Source: Methanobacteriota archaeon
Lineage (GTDB): Archaea > Thermoplasmatota > Thermoplasmata > Thermoplasmatales > GCA-001856825
Direction: 5' to 3'
DNA: 64,000 bases
NCBI GenBank assembly: GCA_017857235.1
Contig: JAFMDN010000004.1
Coordinates: forward strand, 218-64,217
The translations under genes and the position numbers were made by a program. Below are positions 44,794 through 54,021 of the stretch, in pieces. A model generated the notes under the pieces. The model did no database searches. It saw only the letters and a list, made by a program, of their open reading frames with translations, and had not been told where the DNA came from. Positions within the stretch are counted from its first letter, which is position 1; each line of letters starts with the position of its first letter.

Positions 44794-45570
44794 ATGACAG
44801 ACAAGCAGAACAATGTCCTGAATATAGAGAACCTTTCTGTAAAAGTAGGTGACAAAAATATACTGAAATCCCTAAACTTGACCATTAAAAGTGGAGAAAT
44901 ACACGCATTAATGGGTCCCAATGGCGCAGGGAAAAGCACACTTGCACAGGCAATAATTGGTAATCCTAAATATACGGTAACAACCGGGAAGATACTAATC
45001 AATGGAAAAGATATAACCGATCTTCAGCTCTATGAGAGGGCGAGAGAAGGGATATTTCTTGCATTCCAGGAACCGGTATCCGTTCAAGGATTGAAATATA
45101 TAAATTTCCTGAGAACAGCTTATATGTCACTTCATCCCAATGAAAAATTGGAGTATAAGAAGTTCATAGAACAGGTACAAGAACTCCTGGGATTGTTCAG
45201 GCTAGATAAATCCTTTATAGATAGGAGTTTAAACGACGGATTATCTGGCGGAGAGAAAAAAAGAATGGAGGCATTGCAGATGCTTCTGTTCAAGCCTAAA
45301 TTTGTAATTCTCGATGAGATAGATTCGGGACTTGATGTTGATGCTCTCAAGATTGTAGCGGAAGCAGTAAAAAAGGCTAAGGAGAGCGGTACAGGAATTC
45401 TAATTATTACGCATTATAAGAGGATTTTAGATTACGTTTCTCCAGATTTCATTCATGTTCTTGTGGATGGAACTATAGTTGAGAGTGGTAAAGCCGAGAT
45501 AGCGAAGAAGATAGAAGAGTATGGATATGATTATTACAGAAGGGGGGAGGTAAATGCAAAAGTTGGATGA
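44794..45570 (+). CDS. sufC: Fe-S cluster assembly ATPase SufC
   Basis: 258 aa with Walker A GPNGAGKST, LSGGEKKR and ILDEIDSGLD. Confidence 0.93.
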   Translation: MTDKQNNVLNIENLSVKVGDKNILKSLNLTIKSGEIHALMGPNGAGKSTLAQAIIGNPKYTVTTGKILINGKDITDLQLYERAREGIFLAFQEPVSVQGLKYINFLRTAYMSLHPNEKLEYKKFIEQVQELLGLFRLDKSFIDRSLNDGLSGGEKKRMEALQMLLFKPKFVILDEIDSGLDVDALKIVAEAVKKAKESGTGILIITHYKRILDYVSPDFIHVLVDGTIVESGKAEIAKKIEEYGYDYYRRGEVNAKVG

Positions 45571-46963
45571 AAATTTTGAAATAAAAAAGGATAAGTACGA
45601 TTTTAAGACAAATATTAAGCCTGTATATCAGGTTGGCCAAGGATTAACTAGGTCAGTGGTTGAAGAGATATCAAGGGTAAAAAAGGAACCGGAGTGGATG
45701 AAGAACATCAGGCTTAGGGCCCTGGAAATATTTAATTCAAAACCATTGCCAACATGGGGTCCGGATCTTTCGGAATTAAACTTTGATGAAATAACATATT
45801 ACATAAAACCAGAAGACAGGAAGTCTTCCAGTTGGGATGAGGTTCCAAAGGAGATAAAGGAAACCTTTGATAAACTCGGCGTCCCGGAGATGGAAAGAAA
45901 ATATCTTGCTGGAACTGTTGCGCAATTTGAGTCCGAAGGTGTATATTCTAAAATAAAAAAGCAGTGGGAAGAAAAGGGTGTTATATTTATGGATATGGAC
46001 TCAGCCCTACAGAAATATCCTGAAATTATCAGGGAGCATTTTGGAAAAGTAGTTCCTGCTAGCGACAATAAATTTGCCGCGCTAAATACTGCTGTTTGGT
46101 CAGGTGGATCATTCCTATACATCCCCAAAGGCGTTCATGTGGACCTTCCAGTTCAAGCTTACTTCAGGATGAATGGAGAGCTTGAAGGACAGTTTGAGAG
46201 AACACTGATCGTTGCAGAAGAGGGTGCATCGGTTCATTATATTGAAGGGTGTACCGCTCCTACTTACAGTAGATATGCACTCCATGCAGCTGTAGTTGAA
46301 GTCTACGCTAAGAAAAATAGCAAGGTTAGATATACATCAATCCAGAACTGGTCAGATAATGTAATAAACCTCCCAACTAAGAGGGCATGGGTGGAGGAAA
46401 ATGCAAGAATGGAGTGGGTCCAGGGAAGCTTAGGATCTAAGATTACCATGACATATCCTTCCTCAATACTTAGGGGTGAATATGCGTCCACTTCAAACCT
46501 CAATGTGGCTCTGGCCATGGGTGAGGTATGGAAGGACAACGGGGCTAAAGTGGTTCATGCCGCACCAAACACTAGTTCAAAGGTTGTTGCCAAAAGTATA
46601 TCTGGTAGAGGAGGAATGTCAGTTTACAGGGGACTTTTAAGGATAAACCAGGGTGCTTACAATTCAAAGTCCTCAGTGCAATGTGACGCTCTCATAGTGG
46701 ATGACATATCAAAGAGCAATACTTATCCACATAACGAGATACTGGATGATACAGCAGTTTTCTCACACGAGGCATCAGTAGGAAAAATATCAGAGGAACA
46801 GATAAATTACCTCATGAGCAGAGGCATAAGGGAAGAGGATGCAAGATCGCTCATTGTACTTGGCTTCCTGGATGATGTTCTTAAAGAAATCCCGCTTGAA
46901 TATTCCATAGAATTCAACAAACTCATTAGGCTAGAAATGAGCAAGATGGGTGCGGTTGGATGA
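45554..46963 (+). CDS. sufB: Fe-S cluster assembly scaffold SufB
   Basis: 469 aa, SufB-like along its length, including HEASVGKISEEQINYLMSRGI. Confidence 0.93.
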   Translation: MQKLDENFEIKKDKYDFKTNIKPVYQVGQGLTRSVVEEISRVKKEPEWMKNIRLRALEIFNSKPLPTWGPDLSELNFDEITYYIKPEDRKSSSWDEVPKEIKETFDKLGVPEMERKYLAGTVAQFESEGVYSKIKKQWEEKGVIFMDMDSALQKYPEIIREHFGKVVPASDNKFAALNTAVWSGGSFLYIPKGVHVDLPVQAYFRMNGELEGQFERTLIVAEEGASVHYIEGCTAPTYSRYALHAAVVEVYAKKNSKVRYTSIQNWSDNVINLPTKRAWVEENARMEWVQGSLGSKITMTYPSSILRGEYASTSNLNVALAMGEVWKDNGAKVVHAAPNTSSKVVAKSISGRGGMSVYRGLLRINQGAYNSKSSVQCDALIVDDISKSNTYPHNEILDDTAVFSHEASVGKISEEQINYLMSRGIREEDARSLIVLGFLDDVLKEIPLEYSIEFNKLIRLEMSKMGAVG

Positions 46964-48105
46964 ACATCGAACTAATAAAAAAGGAAAGGGAGAAATTACT
47001 GGAGAAGCTTCCTCTCAGGGGGGAGCCTGATTCTCCATCATTCAAATACTACACTCCCCTAAGAGAGGATGAAATATTGCCACTATATAGAACAGATCTT
47101 AAAAAATGTGCAGGGATGCAAACAAGATATACCCTTCACAACGGGTCACCCTGTAGGTTCCTAGGGTCAGAGAAATTCCAATACGGCAGTATATTGGAAC
47201 ATGAAAGCGATATTGATCCGGATATTTTCTTTCCAAAATCAGACAATAAGCTGGAAATTTTAAATCAGGCAAAATTTAAAGATGGCATGTTTTTGAAAAT
47301 ACCTTCTAATTTTTCCTCTGATAAATTGTATGAGATCATATCAACAAATGAGGAAAACCATGTATCGAGACATTATATGGAAATAGGGGATAATGCCCAG
47401 GTTAACTTCATAATAAATCATATAATTTCATTAAATACTACAGTATCTAATTCTTCTGTAATTAAAGTGGGTGAGAACTCCAACCTTACCATTTACCTGC
47501 TGGAAGATTCATCCCTTTCATTTTTTAATAATTTGAATTTGCATTTATATTTAGGAAGATATTCAACCGTAAAGATCTTCCACTTAGCAGTTTATGGAAA
47601 AAAAGATGTAACAAAAATAATAATGAATCATATTGATCAATACTCCGATTCTAACTATTTTGGATCAGCGATAGGAAAGAAGAGTAATCATCTTGATCTT
47701 GAAGTTCTATCAAATCACCAGAGTCCCCTTGAGAGAAATAACATAAATTTCAAGGGAATACTTGGCAATAAGAGTTCAATCATATTCAGGGGCAATATAA
47801 AAATATCAGAAGGATCAAGAGGAACGGAATCATTCCTCATGGCAAATTTATTGCTCCTCTCAAAAGATGCGGTGGGAAATGCTATTCCCACACTTGAGAT
47901 ATACAATGGAAATGTACGATCCAAGCATGGAGAAACTGTATCTTCCTTACCGGATGAACAAGTTATGTATCTGGAGTCTAGAGGGATAGAAACAAAGGAG
48001 GCTAAAAAACTTATCCTGGAGGGATTCATATATCCCATAATTGAACCGGTACCGGATAACATTAAGGAAAAGTATTTATCGCTTGTTGATGAGATAGTGG
48101 AATAA
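46960..48105 (+). CDS. sufD: Fe-S cluster assembly protein SufD
   Basis: 381 aa SufB/D paralogue at the conserved position, with a C-terminal SKHGETVSSLPDEQVMYLESRGI. Confidence 0.85.
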   Translation: MNIELIKKEREKLLEKLPLRGEPDSPSFKYYTPLREDEILPLYRTDLKKCAGMQTRYTLHNGSPCRFLGSEKFQYGSILEHESDIDPDIFFPKSDNKLEILNQAKFKDGMFLKIPSNFSSDKLYEIISTNEENHVSRHYMEIGDNAQVNFIINHIISLNTTVSNSSVIKVGENSNLTIYLLEDSSLSFFNNLNLHLYLGRYSTVKIFHLAVYGKKDVTKIIMNHIDQYSDSNYFGSAIGKKSNHLDLEVLSNHQSPLERNNINFKGILGNKSSIIFRGNIKISEGSRGTESFLMANLLLLSKDAVGNAIPTLEIYNGNVRSKHGETVSSLPDEQVMYLESRGIETKEAKKLILEGFIYPIIEPVPDNIKEKYLSLVDEIVE

Positions 48106-48107
48106 CT

Positions 48108-49352
48108 ATGGACATCAACTCCATAAGGAAAGATTTTCCAATATTAAATAGAAATTTTATTTATCTGGATTCTGCAGCAACATCACAAAAGCCTCGTCAG
48201 GTGATTGATGCAATAAGGAACTATTATGAGAATTATAACGCAAACGTACATAGATCCATTTATAGCCTGGCGAGCGAAGCCACGGAGATATATGAGAGTT
48301 CCAGGAAGAATATAGCCGATTTCATCGGAGCCAGGGATAATGAAATTATTTTTACGAGGAATACCACAGAAGCACTGAACCTCTTATCCTATTCACTACA
48401 GAGTAAACTGGAGAAGGGAGATGAAGTATTATTAAGCAGAATGGAGCACCACAGCAATCTGCTACCATGGTTAAGATTAGAATCTCACGGTATCAAAGTA
48501 AAATTCATAGAATTAGATAGTGAAGGAAATATGGATGAAGAAGATTTCAAATCTAAACTCACAAAGAATGTAAAACTAGTAAGTATTACTCATGTTTCGA
48601 ATGTTCTCGGTACCATAAATAATATTGAGTTTTTTGGTAAGATGGCAAAAGAAAATGAGTCACTTTTCGTTGTGGATGGGGCCCAATCCATACCTCATTT
48701 ACCTTTCAAAATAAATGATTATATAGATTTCTTGGCCTTCTCAGGACATAAAATGCTCGGACCAATGGGTATAGGAGTCCTTTATGGAAAGTATTCCTTG
48801 CTAGAAGGGCTCCCTCCATTCATGCAGGGGGGTGAAATGGTAAAGAGCGTATCTTTAGAAAGAGTAATCTATGAAGATCCGCCGGTAAAATTTGAGGCAG
48901 GCACTCCAAATGTTGAAGGTGCGGTGGGCCTCTCTGCTGCAGTAGATTATTTGAAAAAAATTGGTATGGATAATATAAGAAAACACGAGTACGAGTTAGG
49001 AAAAAGGGCTCTAGAATTAGCAGAATCAAATAAACTTATAGAATATTATGGCCCAAGGGATTCTAGAAAGAGGTCGGGGTTAATATCATTCAACTTAAAG
49101 TCAAAAAAGTATGATAGAATAGTCAAAGATCTGCAATCAAAATCCATTATTGCCGGAAAATTAATCCATTCCCACGATGTTGCAGAGTTCCTAGGCGACA
49201 AATCAGTTTTTGCCAGGAGTGGATATCATTGTGCTGAGCCTCTATTCAAGTATCTCGGAATCAATGGTTCTGTAAGGTTCTCATGGTATCTCTACAATAC
49301 TATCCAAGAAATAGAAAAGGCTTTTGAATCTTTGGGTGAGATAAATGTCTAA
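48108..49352 (+). CDS. sufS: Cysteine desulfurase SufS (class II aminotransferase V)
   Basis: 414 aa with the PLP-Lys region FSGHKMLGPMG and the active-site region ARSGYHCAEPL. Confidence 0.9.
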   Translation: MDINSIRKDFPILNRNFIYLDSAATSQKPRQVIDAIRNYYENYNANVHRSIYSLASEATEIYESSRKNIADFIGARDNEIIFTRNTTEALNLLSYSLQSKLEKGDEVLLSRMEHHSNLLPWLRLESHGIKVKFIELDSEGNMDEEDFKSKLTKNVKLVSITHVSNVLGTINNIEFFGKMAKENESLFVVDGAQSIPHLPFKINDYIDFLAFSGHKMLGPMGIGVLYGKYSLLEGLPPFMQGGEMVKSVSLERVIYEDPPVKFEAGTPNVEGAVGLSAAVDYLKKIGMDNIRKHEYELGKRALELAESNKLIEYYGPRDSRKRSGLISFNLKSKKYDRIVKDLQSKSIIAGKLIHSHDVAEFLGDKSVFARSGYHCAEPLFKYLGINGSVRFSWYLYNTIQEIEKAFESLGEINV

Positions 49353-49707
49353 TTGGGATTTTATAAACAATTATGGGGATCTTAGAAACTGGGGTAAATT
49401 GGATTCAGCAGATATAAAAATAGAAGGAGCAGGAACGCAATGTGGGGATGTGATAAACCTTTATATAAAACTGGAAAACGGTATTATTAAAGATGCCAAA
49501 TTTGATGGTGATGCCTGCATTCTTTCAACTATCTCTGCTGACATCTTCCTTTCTAAAATAATTGGCATGAATATTAAAGACGCTGTGAAGATTTCAGAGA
49601 ACTCATATCTTGAAGAATTCCCCATAAATGTTTCTCCGGGAAGAATAGGATGTGTCCTTTTGCCTTTAAGGACGCTTAAGAGAAGCGAATATGGGAAATA
49701 TTGTTAA
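49345..49707 (+). CDS. sufU: SufU/IscU-like sulfur acceptor
   Basis: 120 aa with three conserved Cys contexts (QCGDVI, GDACILS, RIGCVLLPL). Confidence 0.8.
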   Translation: MSNWDFINNYGDLRNWGKLDSADIKIEGAGTQCGDVINLYIKLENGIIKDAKFDGDACILSTISADIFLSKIIGMNIKDAVKISENSYLEEFPINVSPGRIGCVLLPLRTLKRSEYGKYC

Positions 49708-49768
49708 ATTTATTCACCATTTTATTGAATATATTAAAGAATATTAAATAAGAACGGATACAACATAA

Positions 49769-50671
49769 ATGACTCAAATTGAAGATCTCATTCAAAAGGC
49801 GATTTCCGGGGATCGAAGAGCTATTGGGAAATTGATCACAATATTGGAAAACAGGTTAGAGGGGTACAATGAATTAAGAAGCATTATTGATAAAAATCCC
49901 GGAAAATCATTCATTCTGGGAATAACCGGCCCCCCAGGGGCTGGAAAATCCACACTAATATCAAAGTTGGTTAGAGCCTTCTCCGGTGAAGAAAAACTGG
50001 CAGTGGTCATGATTGACGCAACCAGTCCTTTCAGTGGGGGCTCCTTACTTGGAAATAGACTGAGGATCATGGATGAGGGTGATGCTTATATTAGAAGCAT
50101 GTCCACAAGGGGGCAGAGTGGGGGTTTGAATTTCGCTATTGGGGATGTTTTGGACCTTCTGGCTTATCTTGGATACAGCATGATAATTGTTGAATCGGTT
50201 GGTGCGGGACAGGATGAAGTTGATATAATGTATTTTTCAGACCTTGTAACTCTGGTTCTGGCACCAGGGCTGGGTGATGAGATACAGGCAATGAAAGCAG
50301 GCCAAATGGAAATAGGAGATTTTATTGTTTTAACAAAGTCTGACCGGCCAGAGGCTTATGTTGCTGAAAAGCAATTGATGGAAATACTGAGTATTCCGGA
50401 TAATGCTAAGTCTCACAAATTTTTCAAGGTTTCATCCATAAACGGCTCGGGAATTCAGAATTTGGTAGATGCCATAAAGGATTTCAAAAAAAACATGTCT
50501 CGTGATGAGAGTAGAATAAGGAATAAAGAAAAATTGAAAAATAATATACTTGCAATAATAAATTCCAATGACAAGAAGATAGAAGAACTTGCAGATATGA
50601 TTACTAGAGGTGAAATTTCATTGACTCAGGCAACCAGATCTTTTCTTAGATCAGTTTCTGATAATCAATGA
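49769..50671 (+). CDS. meaB: MeaB/ArgK-family G3E GTPase (methylmalonyl-CoA mutase chaperone-like)
   Basis: 300 aa with the P-loop GPPGAGKST, VESVGAGQDE and TKSD motifs. Confidence 0.75.
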   Translation: MTQIEDLIQKAISGDRRAIGKLITILENRLEGYNELRSIIDKNPGKSFILGITGPPGAGKSTLISKLVRAFSGEEKLAVVMIDATSPFSGGSLLGNRLRIMDEGDAYIRSMSTRGQSGGLNFAIGDVLDLLAYLGYSMIIVESVGAGQDEVDIMYFSDLVTLVLAPGLGDEIQAMKAGQMEIGDFIVLTKSDRPEAYVAEKQLMEILSIPDNAKSHKFFKVSSINGSGIQNLVDAIKDFKKNMSRDESRIRNKEKLKNNILAIINSNDKKIEELADMITRGEISLTQATRSFLRSVSDNQ

Positions 50672-50790
50672 TTTTTGTAACCGTATAAAATTTATTTTCT
50701 AGATGAAAAGGTAAATCATTTATGCTTTAATAATTTCGGCTACCATTAATATTAAGTAATAAAACAATTATATGGAAAAGGTGAAAAATT

Positions 50791-51900
50791 ATGAAGGTAA
50801 CCTTAAGTGTAATTAAAGCCGATGTTGGAGGGCTTGCCGGTCATTCCAGGGTTCATCCCGATCTAAAAAATGAAGCAAGGTTGGTATTGGAGAATGCAAG
50901 GGATGAAGGAAAGATAATAGATTTTTACGTTACCGCAGTTGGGGATGATCTCCAGCTAATAATAACGCATAATAAGGGTGAAGGCTCACCTGAAATACAC
51001 AAAATGGCCTGGGATGCTTTCATAAAAGCCACAGAAGTTGCAAAGAAATTGAAGCTCTATGGTGCGGGACAGGATCTTCTTAAGGATTCATTTTCCGGTA
51101 ATTTGAAAGGGATGGGTCCTGGAGTTGCTGAAATGGAGTTTGAAGAAAGAAAGAGTGAACCTGTTGCAATTTTTATGATGGATAAGACAGAACCAGGAGC
51201 TTTCAACCTACCCATTTACAAGATATTTGCAGATCCTTTCAACACGGCAGGTCTGGTAATTGACCCAAATATGCATCACGGATTTGATTTTGAGATATGG
51301 GATGTAATTGGCAAGAAGGCAGTTACTCTTCACAGCCCAGATGAAATTTATGACATTCTTGCCCTTATTGGGTCCAAGGGGAGATATGTAATTAAGAGGG
51401 TCTACCCTGGAAAGGAAAATAAGCACCTTCCTCATGAGCCTGTTGCAGTGGTAAGCACCGACAAATTGCAGGAAATAGCTGGCAAATATGTTGGCAAGGA
51501 TGATCCAGTGGCTATTGTAAGAGCACAGGCAGGACTGCCAGCAATGGGAGAAGTCTTGGAGCCTTTTGCTTATCCTCATCTTGTATCAGGTTGGATGAGA
51601 GGAAGCCACAATGGACCTATTATGCCAGTTTCTGAAAAGGATGCAACCCCATCAAGATTTGATGGGCCACCAAGGGTAATTGGGTTGGGATTCCAGCTTT
51701 CAGAGGGAAGATTGGTTGGACCAGCCGATTTGTTGGGAGACGTTGCTTTCGATAATGCAAGGAGATTGGCATTGGAAATAACTGACTACATTAGAAGAAT
51801 GGGCCCATTCGAACCACACAGACTTCCAGATGAAGAAATGGAATATACGACATTGAACGAAGTTAGAAATAAATTGTCGAACAGGTTCAGAGATCTATAA
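50791..51900 (+). CDS. fbp: Fructose-1,6-bisphosphate aldolase/phosphatase (class V FBPase)
   Basis: 369 aa starting MKVTLSVIKADVGG, with similarity to the archaeal bifunctional FBPA/P throughout. AGGTGA SD. Confidence 0.92.
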   Translation: MKVTLSVIKADVGGLAGHSRVHPDLKNEARLVLENARDEGKIIDFYVTAVGDDLQLIITHNKGEGSPEIHKMAWDAFIKATEVAKKLKLYGAGQDLLKDSFSGNLKGMGPGVAEMEFEERKSEPVAIFMMDKTEPGAFNLPIYKIFADPFNTAGLVIDPNMHHGFDFEIWDVIGKKAVTLHSPDEIYDILALIGSKGRYVIKRVYPGKENKHLPHEPVAVVSTDKLQEIAGKYVGKDDPVAIVRAQAGLPAMGEVLEPFAYPHLVSGWMRGSHNGPIMPVSEKDATPSRFDGPPRVIGLGFQLSEGRLVGPADLLGDVAFDNARRLALEITDYIRRMGPFEPHRLPDEEMEYTTLNEVRNKLSNRFRDL

Positions 51901-52481
51901 TGGAAGACCAAGAACTTCATGGTATTCCCTTGAAAGATCATATCCTCGAAATACTGCGGGGAGATGGGAAGTCAATATCAGGTATCTATAAAGAGCTAAA
52001 GAATACCGACAATGCTAAGATTCACAGGCTCGAACTTACAGGCTACCTTAAGGCCATGACTGATTTTGGCCTGCTAAAGGAGAAATATGTGAAGCCATCC
52101 AAAATCTATTACCTTAATAAGAAAGACGGGGAAACAATATACGATTTCATAAAGGAAAAACTCCAGAATGAAGAAGACCACAGGGCCGAAAAGACTCTAT
52201 ACGTTCTGTATAAAATATTTGAAAGACCAATTTTTTCTGCAGAGTTAGAAAAGGCAGGAGTAATTTCTATATCAAATGCTAAGAGAATCGATAAGAAGGA
52301 AAGGAAGAGAATCCTGGAGAAAATAGAAAATAAGGATGTAAGATTAACCCCGGAAATGGAGGCTTTTATACCACAGGAGCAATATCCGGATCTGGCTATT
52401 AAGGTACTTTCGGATATAATAAGCGAAAAATTCAAATTCAAAAAAGGGAGCAACGGAGTCCAGAAGAAATTAGAATTATGA
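51900..52481 (+). CDS. Hypothetical winged-helix protein, translationally coupled to fbp
   Basis: 193 aa. The ATG overlaps the fbp TAA (TAATG). The HTH-like segment is ISGIYKELKNTDNAKIHRLELTGYLKAMTDFGLL. Confidence 0.45.
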   Translation: MEDQELHGIPLKDHILEILRGDGKSISGIYKELKNTDNAKIHRLELTGYLKAMTDFGLLKEKYVKPSKIYYLNKKDGETIYDFIKEKLQNEEDHRAEKTLYVLYKIFERPIFSAELEKAGVISISNAKRIDKKERKRILEKIENKDVRLTPEMEAFIPQEQYPDLAIKVLSDIISEKFKFKKGSNGVQKKLEL

Positions 52482-52484
52482 AAT

Positions 52485-53930
52485 TTATTTTATTTTAATA
52501 ATTCTTCTTTCCTGAAGGAATGCCAGATCGTTTCTATAAATATCCCTTATGTCATCAAGATTCAAAACAAGCATAAGGAGCCTTTCCAGACCAAGCCCCC
52601 AGGCAGCAACCTGATACTTTATTCCCCAGGGCTTTAAAACCTCTGGCCTGAAAAGCCCTGCCCCGCCTAACTCCATGTATTTACCCATAAATTTTCCAAA
52701 AATCTCTAAAGACGGTTCAGTGTAAGGGAAGAAAGAAGGTTTGAATTTTAAATCATTTATTCCCAGGGAATTGTAGAATTCCCTTAGGGTCCTTATAAGA
52801 ACTCCGAAATTAACTCCCGGGCCTGATATTACGCCCTCAACCTGTGTAAATTCAGCCAGGTGTTTTGAATCCAGGTTTTCTCTCCTGAATATTCTTTCCA
52901 CCGAAAATATTTTACAGGGTTCGTGGGGATGCTCAATTAAATACCTTATGGTGTTAACAGTTGTGTGAGTTCTTAATATCTTTCTAGATGCTTCTTCAAT
53001 TGACCAGCTATAACCCCATCCCTTTCCGTTCCCCAATCCATTTTCATGAACTTCCTTTACTTTCTCAGCCATTTCTTTATCCGGAGTAGCTGAGCCCTCT
53101 ACGTAGAATGTGTCTTGCATATCCCTTGCTGGATGGTTTTGGGGTATGAATAAGACATCCATATTCCAAAAAGTATTTTCTATGTAATTACCGTAAAGCT
53201 CCTGGAATCCCATGGCTATCATTTTCTTTCTTACAATATCAATAAATTCCGATAAAGGATGAATTTTTGCAGGAAGTGCTCTAGGTGCGTATAGCATCAC
53301 ATCATAAGGCCTCAATTTTATGCTTTCATTATACCTTTCTATGAGTTCTGGAGTTATCTGGTTTATTTCCTCAGTTTCAACCAGCTCCTCTTCAGGTATT
53401 CTGTATGCTTGTTCCGTAAGCTTTATCTTCCTTCTCATCCTTACTTTTTCTTCCACGAAATCTTTTCTACCTTTAACTGGAGATACATCAATGTCCTGGT
53501 TTTTACCATTTGAAATTCCAATTAGTAAATCCTTAACTTTTGTGACGTATTCTTTAAGTGGCTCTGGATTTTCTATGTAAATTTTTCCATTCTGAGTTCT
53601 TCCCCCAAATTTATAGAATTGTGCAAGTGCAAATCTAAGATCGTCCCCCATATATTTTTGAAGTTCCTGAAGGTCTACAATTCCTTCATCAATCAATTTT
53701 AAAAGTTTTTCCTCAGGTAATCCTTTCTCCAGAACTCTTTTACCTTCCTTTCCCAACGCGTAAATCCTGAAGGGTCTTTCATCAACATTAACCAATTTTT
53801 TCTCTTTAAGCCATGATACAGCACTCGCAACTTCGTTCTTATCCATTATCTTAAAAAGTTCCTCCACATCAACAAAGTCTTTGCCTTTAAGGTACTTTAT
53901 AATTTTCTTTTCAGAATTAGTCAGTTCCAT
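52485..53930 (-). CDS. pheS: Phenylalanyl-tRNA synthetase alpha subunit
   Basis: 481 aa. N-terminal winged-helix repeats are followed by a class II core (HPARDMQDTFY, LRTHTT, GLGLERL). Confidence 0.93.
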   Translation of the reverse strand: MELTNSEKKIIKYLKGKDFVDVEELFKIMDKNEVASAVSWLKEKKLVNVDERPFRIYALGKEGKRVLEKGLPEEKLLKLIDEGIVDLQELQKYMGDDLRFALAQFYKFGGRTQNGKIYIENPEPLKEYVTKVKDLLIGISNGKNQDIDVSPVKGRKDFVEEKVRMRRKIKLTEQAYRIPEEELVETEEINQITPELIERYNESIKLRPYDVMLYAPRALPAKIHPLSEFIDIVRKKMIAMGFQELYGNYIENTFWNMDVLFIPQNHPARDMQDTFYVEGSATPDKEMAEKVKEVHENGLGNGKGWGYSWSIEEASRKILRTHTTVNTIRYLIEHPHEPCKIFSVERIFRRENLDSKHLAEFTQVEGVISGPGVNFGVLIRTLREFYNSLGINDLKFKPSFFPYTEPSLEIFGKFMGKYMELGGAGLFRPEVLKPWGIKYQVAAWGLGLERLLMLVLNLDDIRDIYRNDLAFLQERRIIKIK

Positions 53931-54021
53931 TTATTGCGTAATAAAGTACCGTTCATAAACTTTATTAAAAATTCGCTTGATTAAATATATAGGATTAAAT
54001 AACCCTAACGATTAAGGGTTG

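Noticed and set aside
49769-50671. MeaB/ArgK GTPase without an adjacent methylmalonyl-CoA mutase, considered as an anomaly
   Set aside because: Mutase subunit genes are frequently unlinked from meaB in archaea. One window cannot show that they are absent, so this is not reported as a finding.
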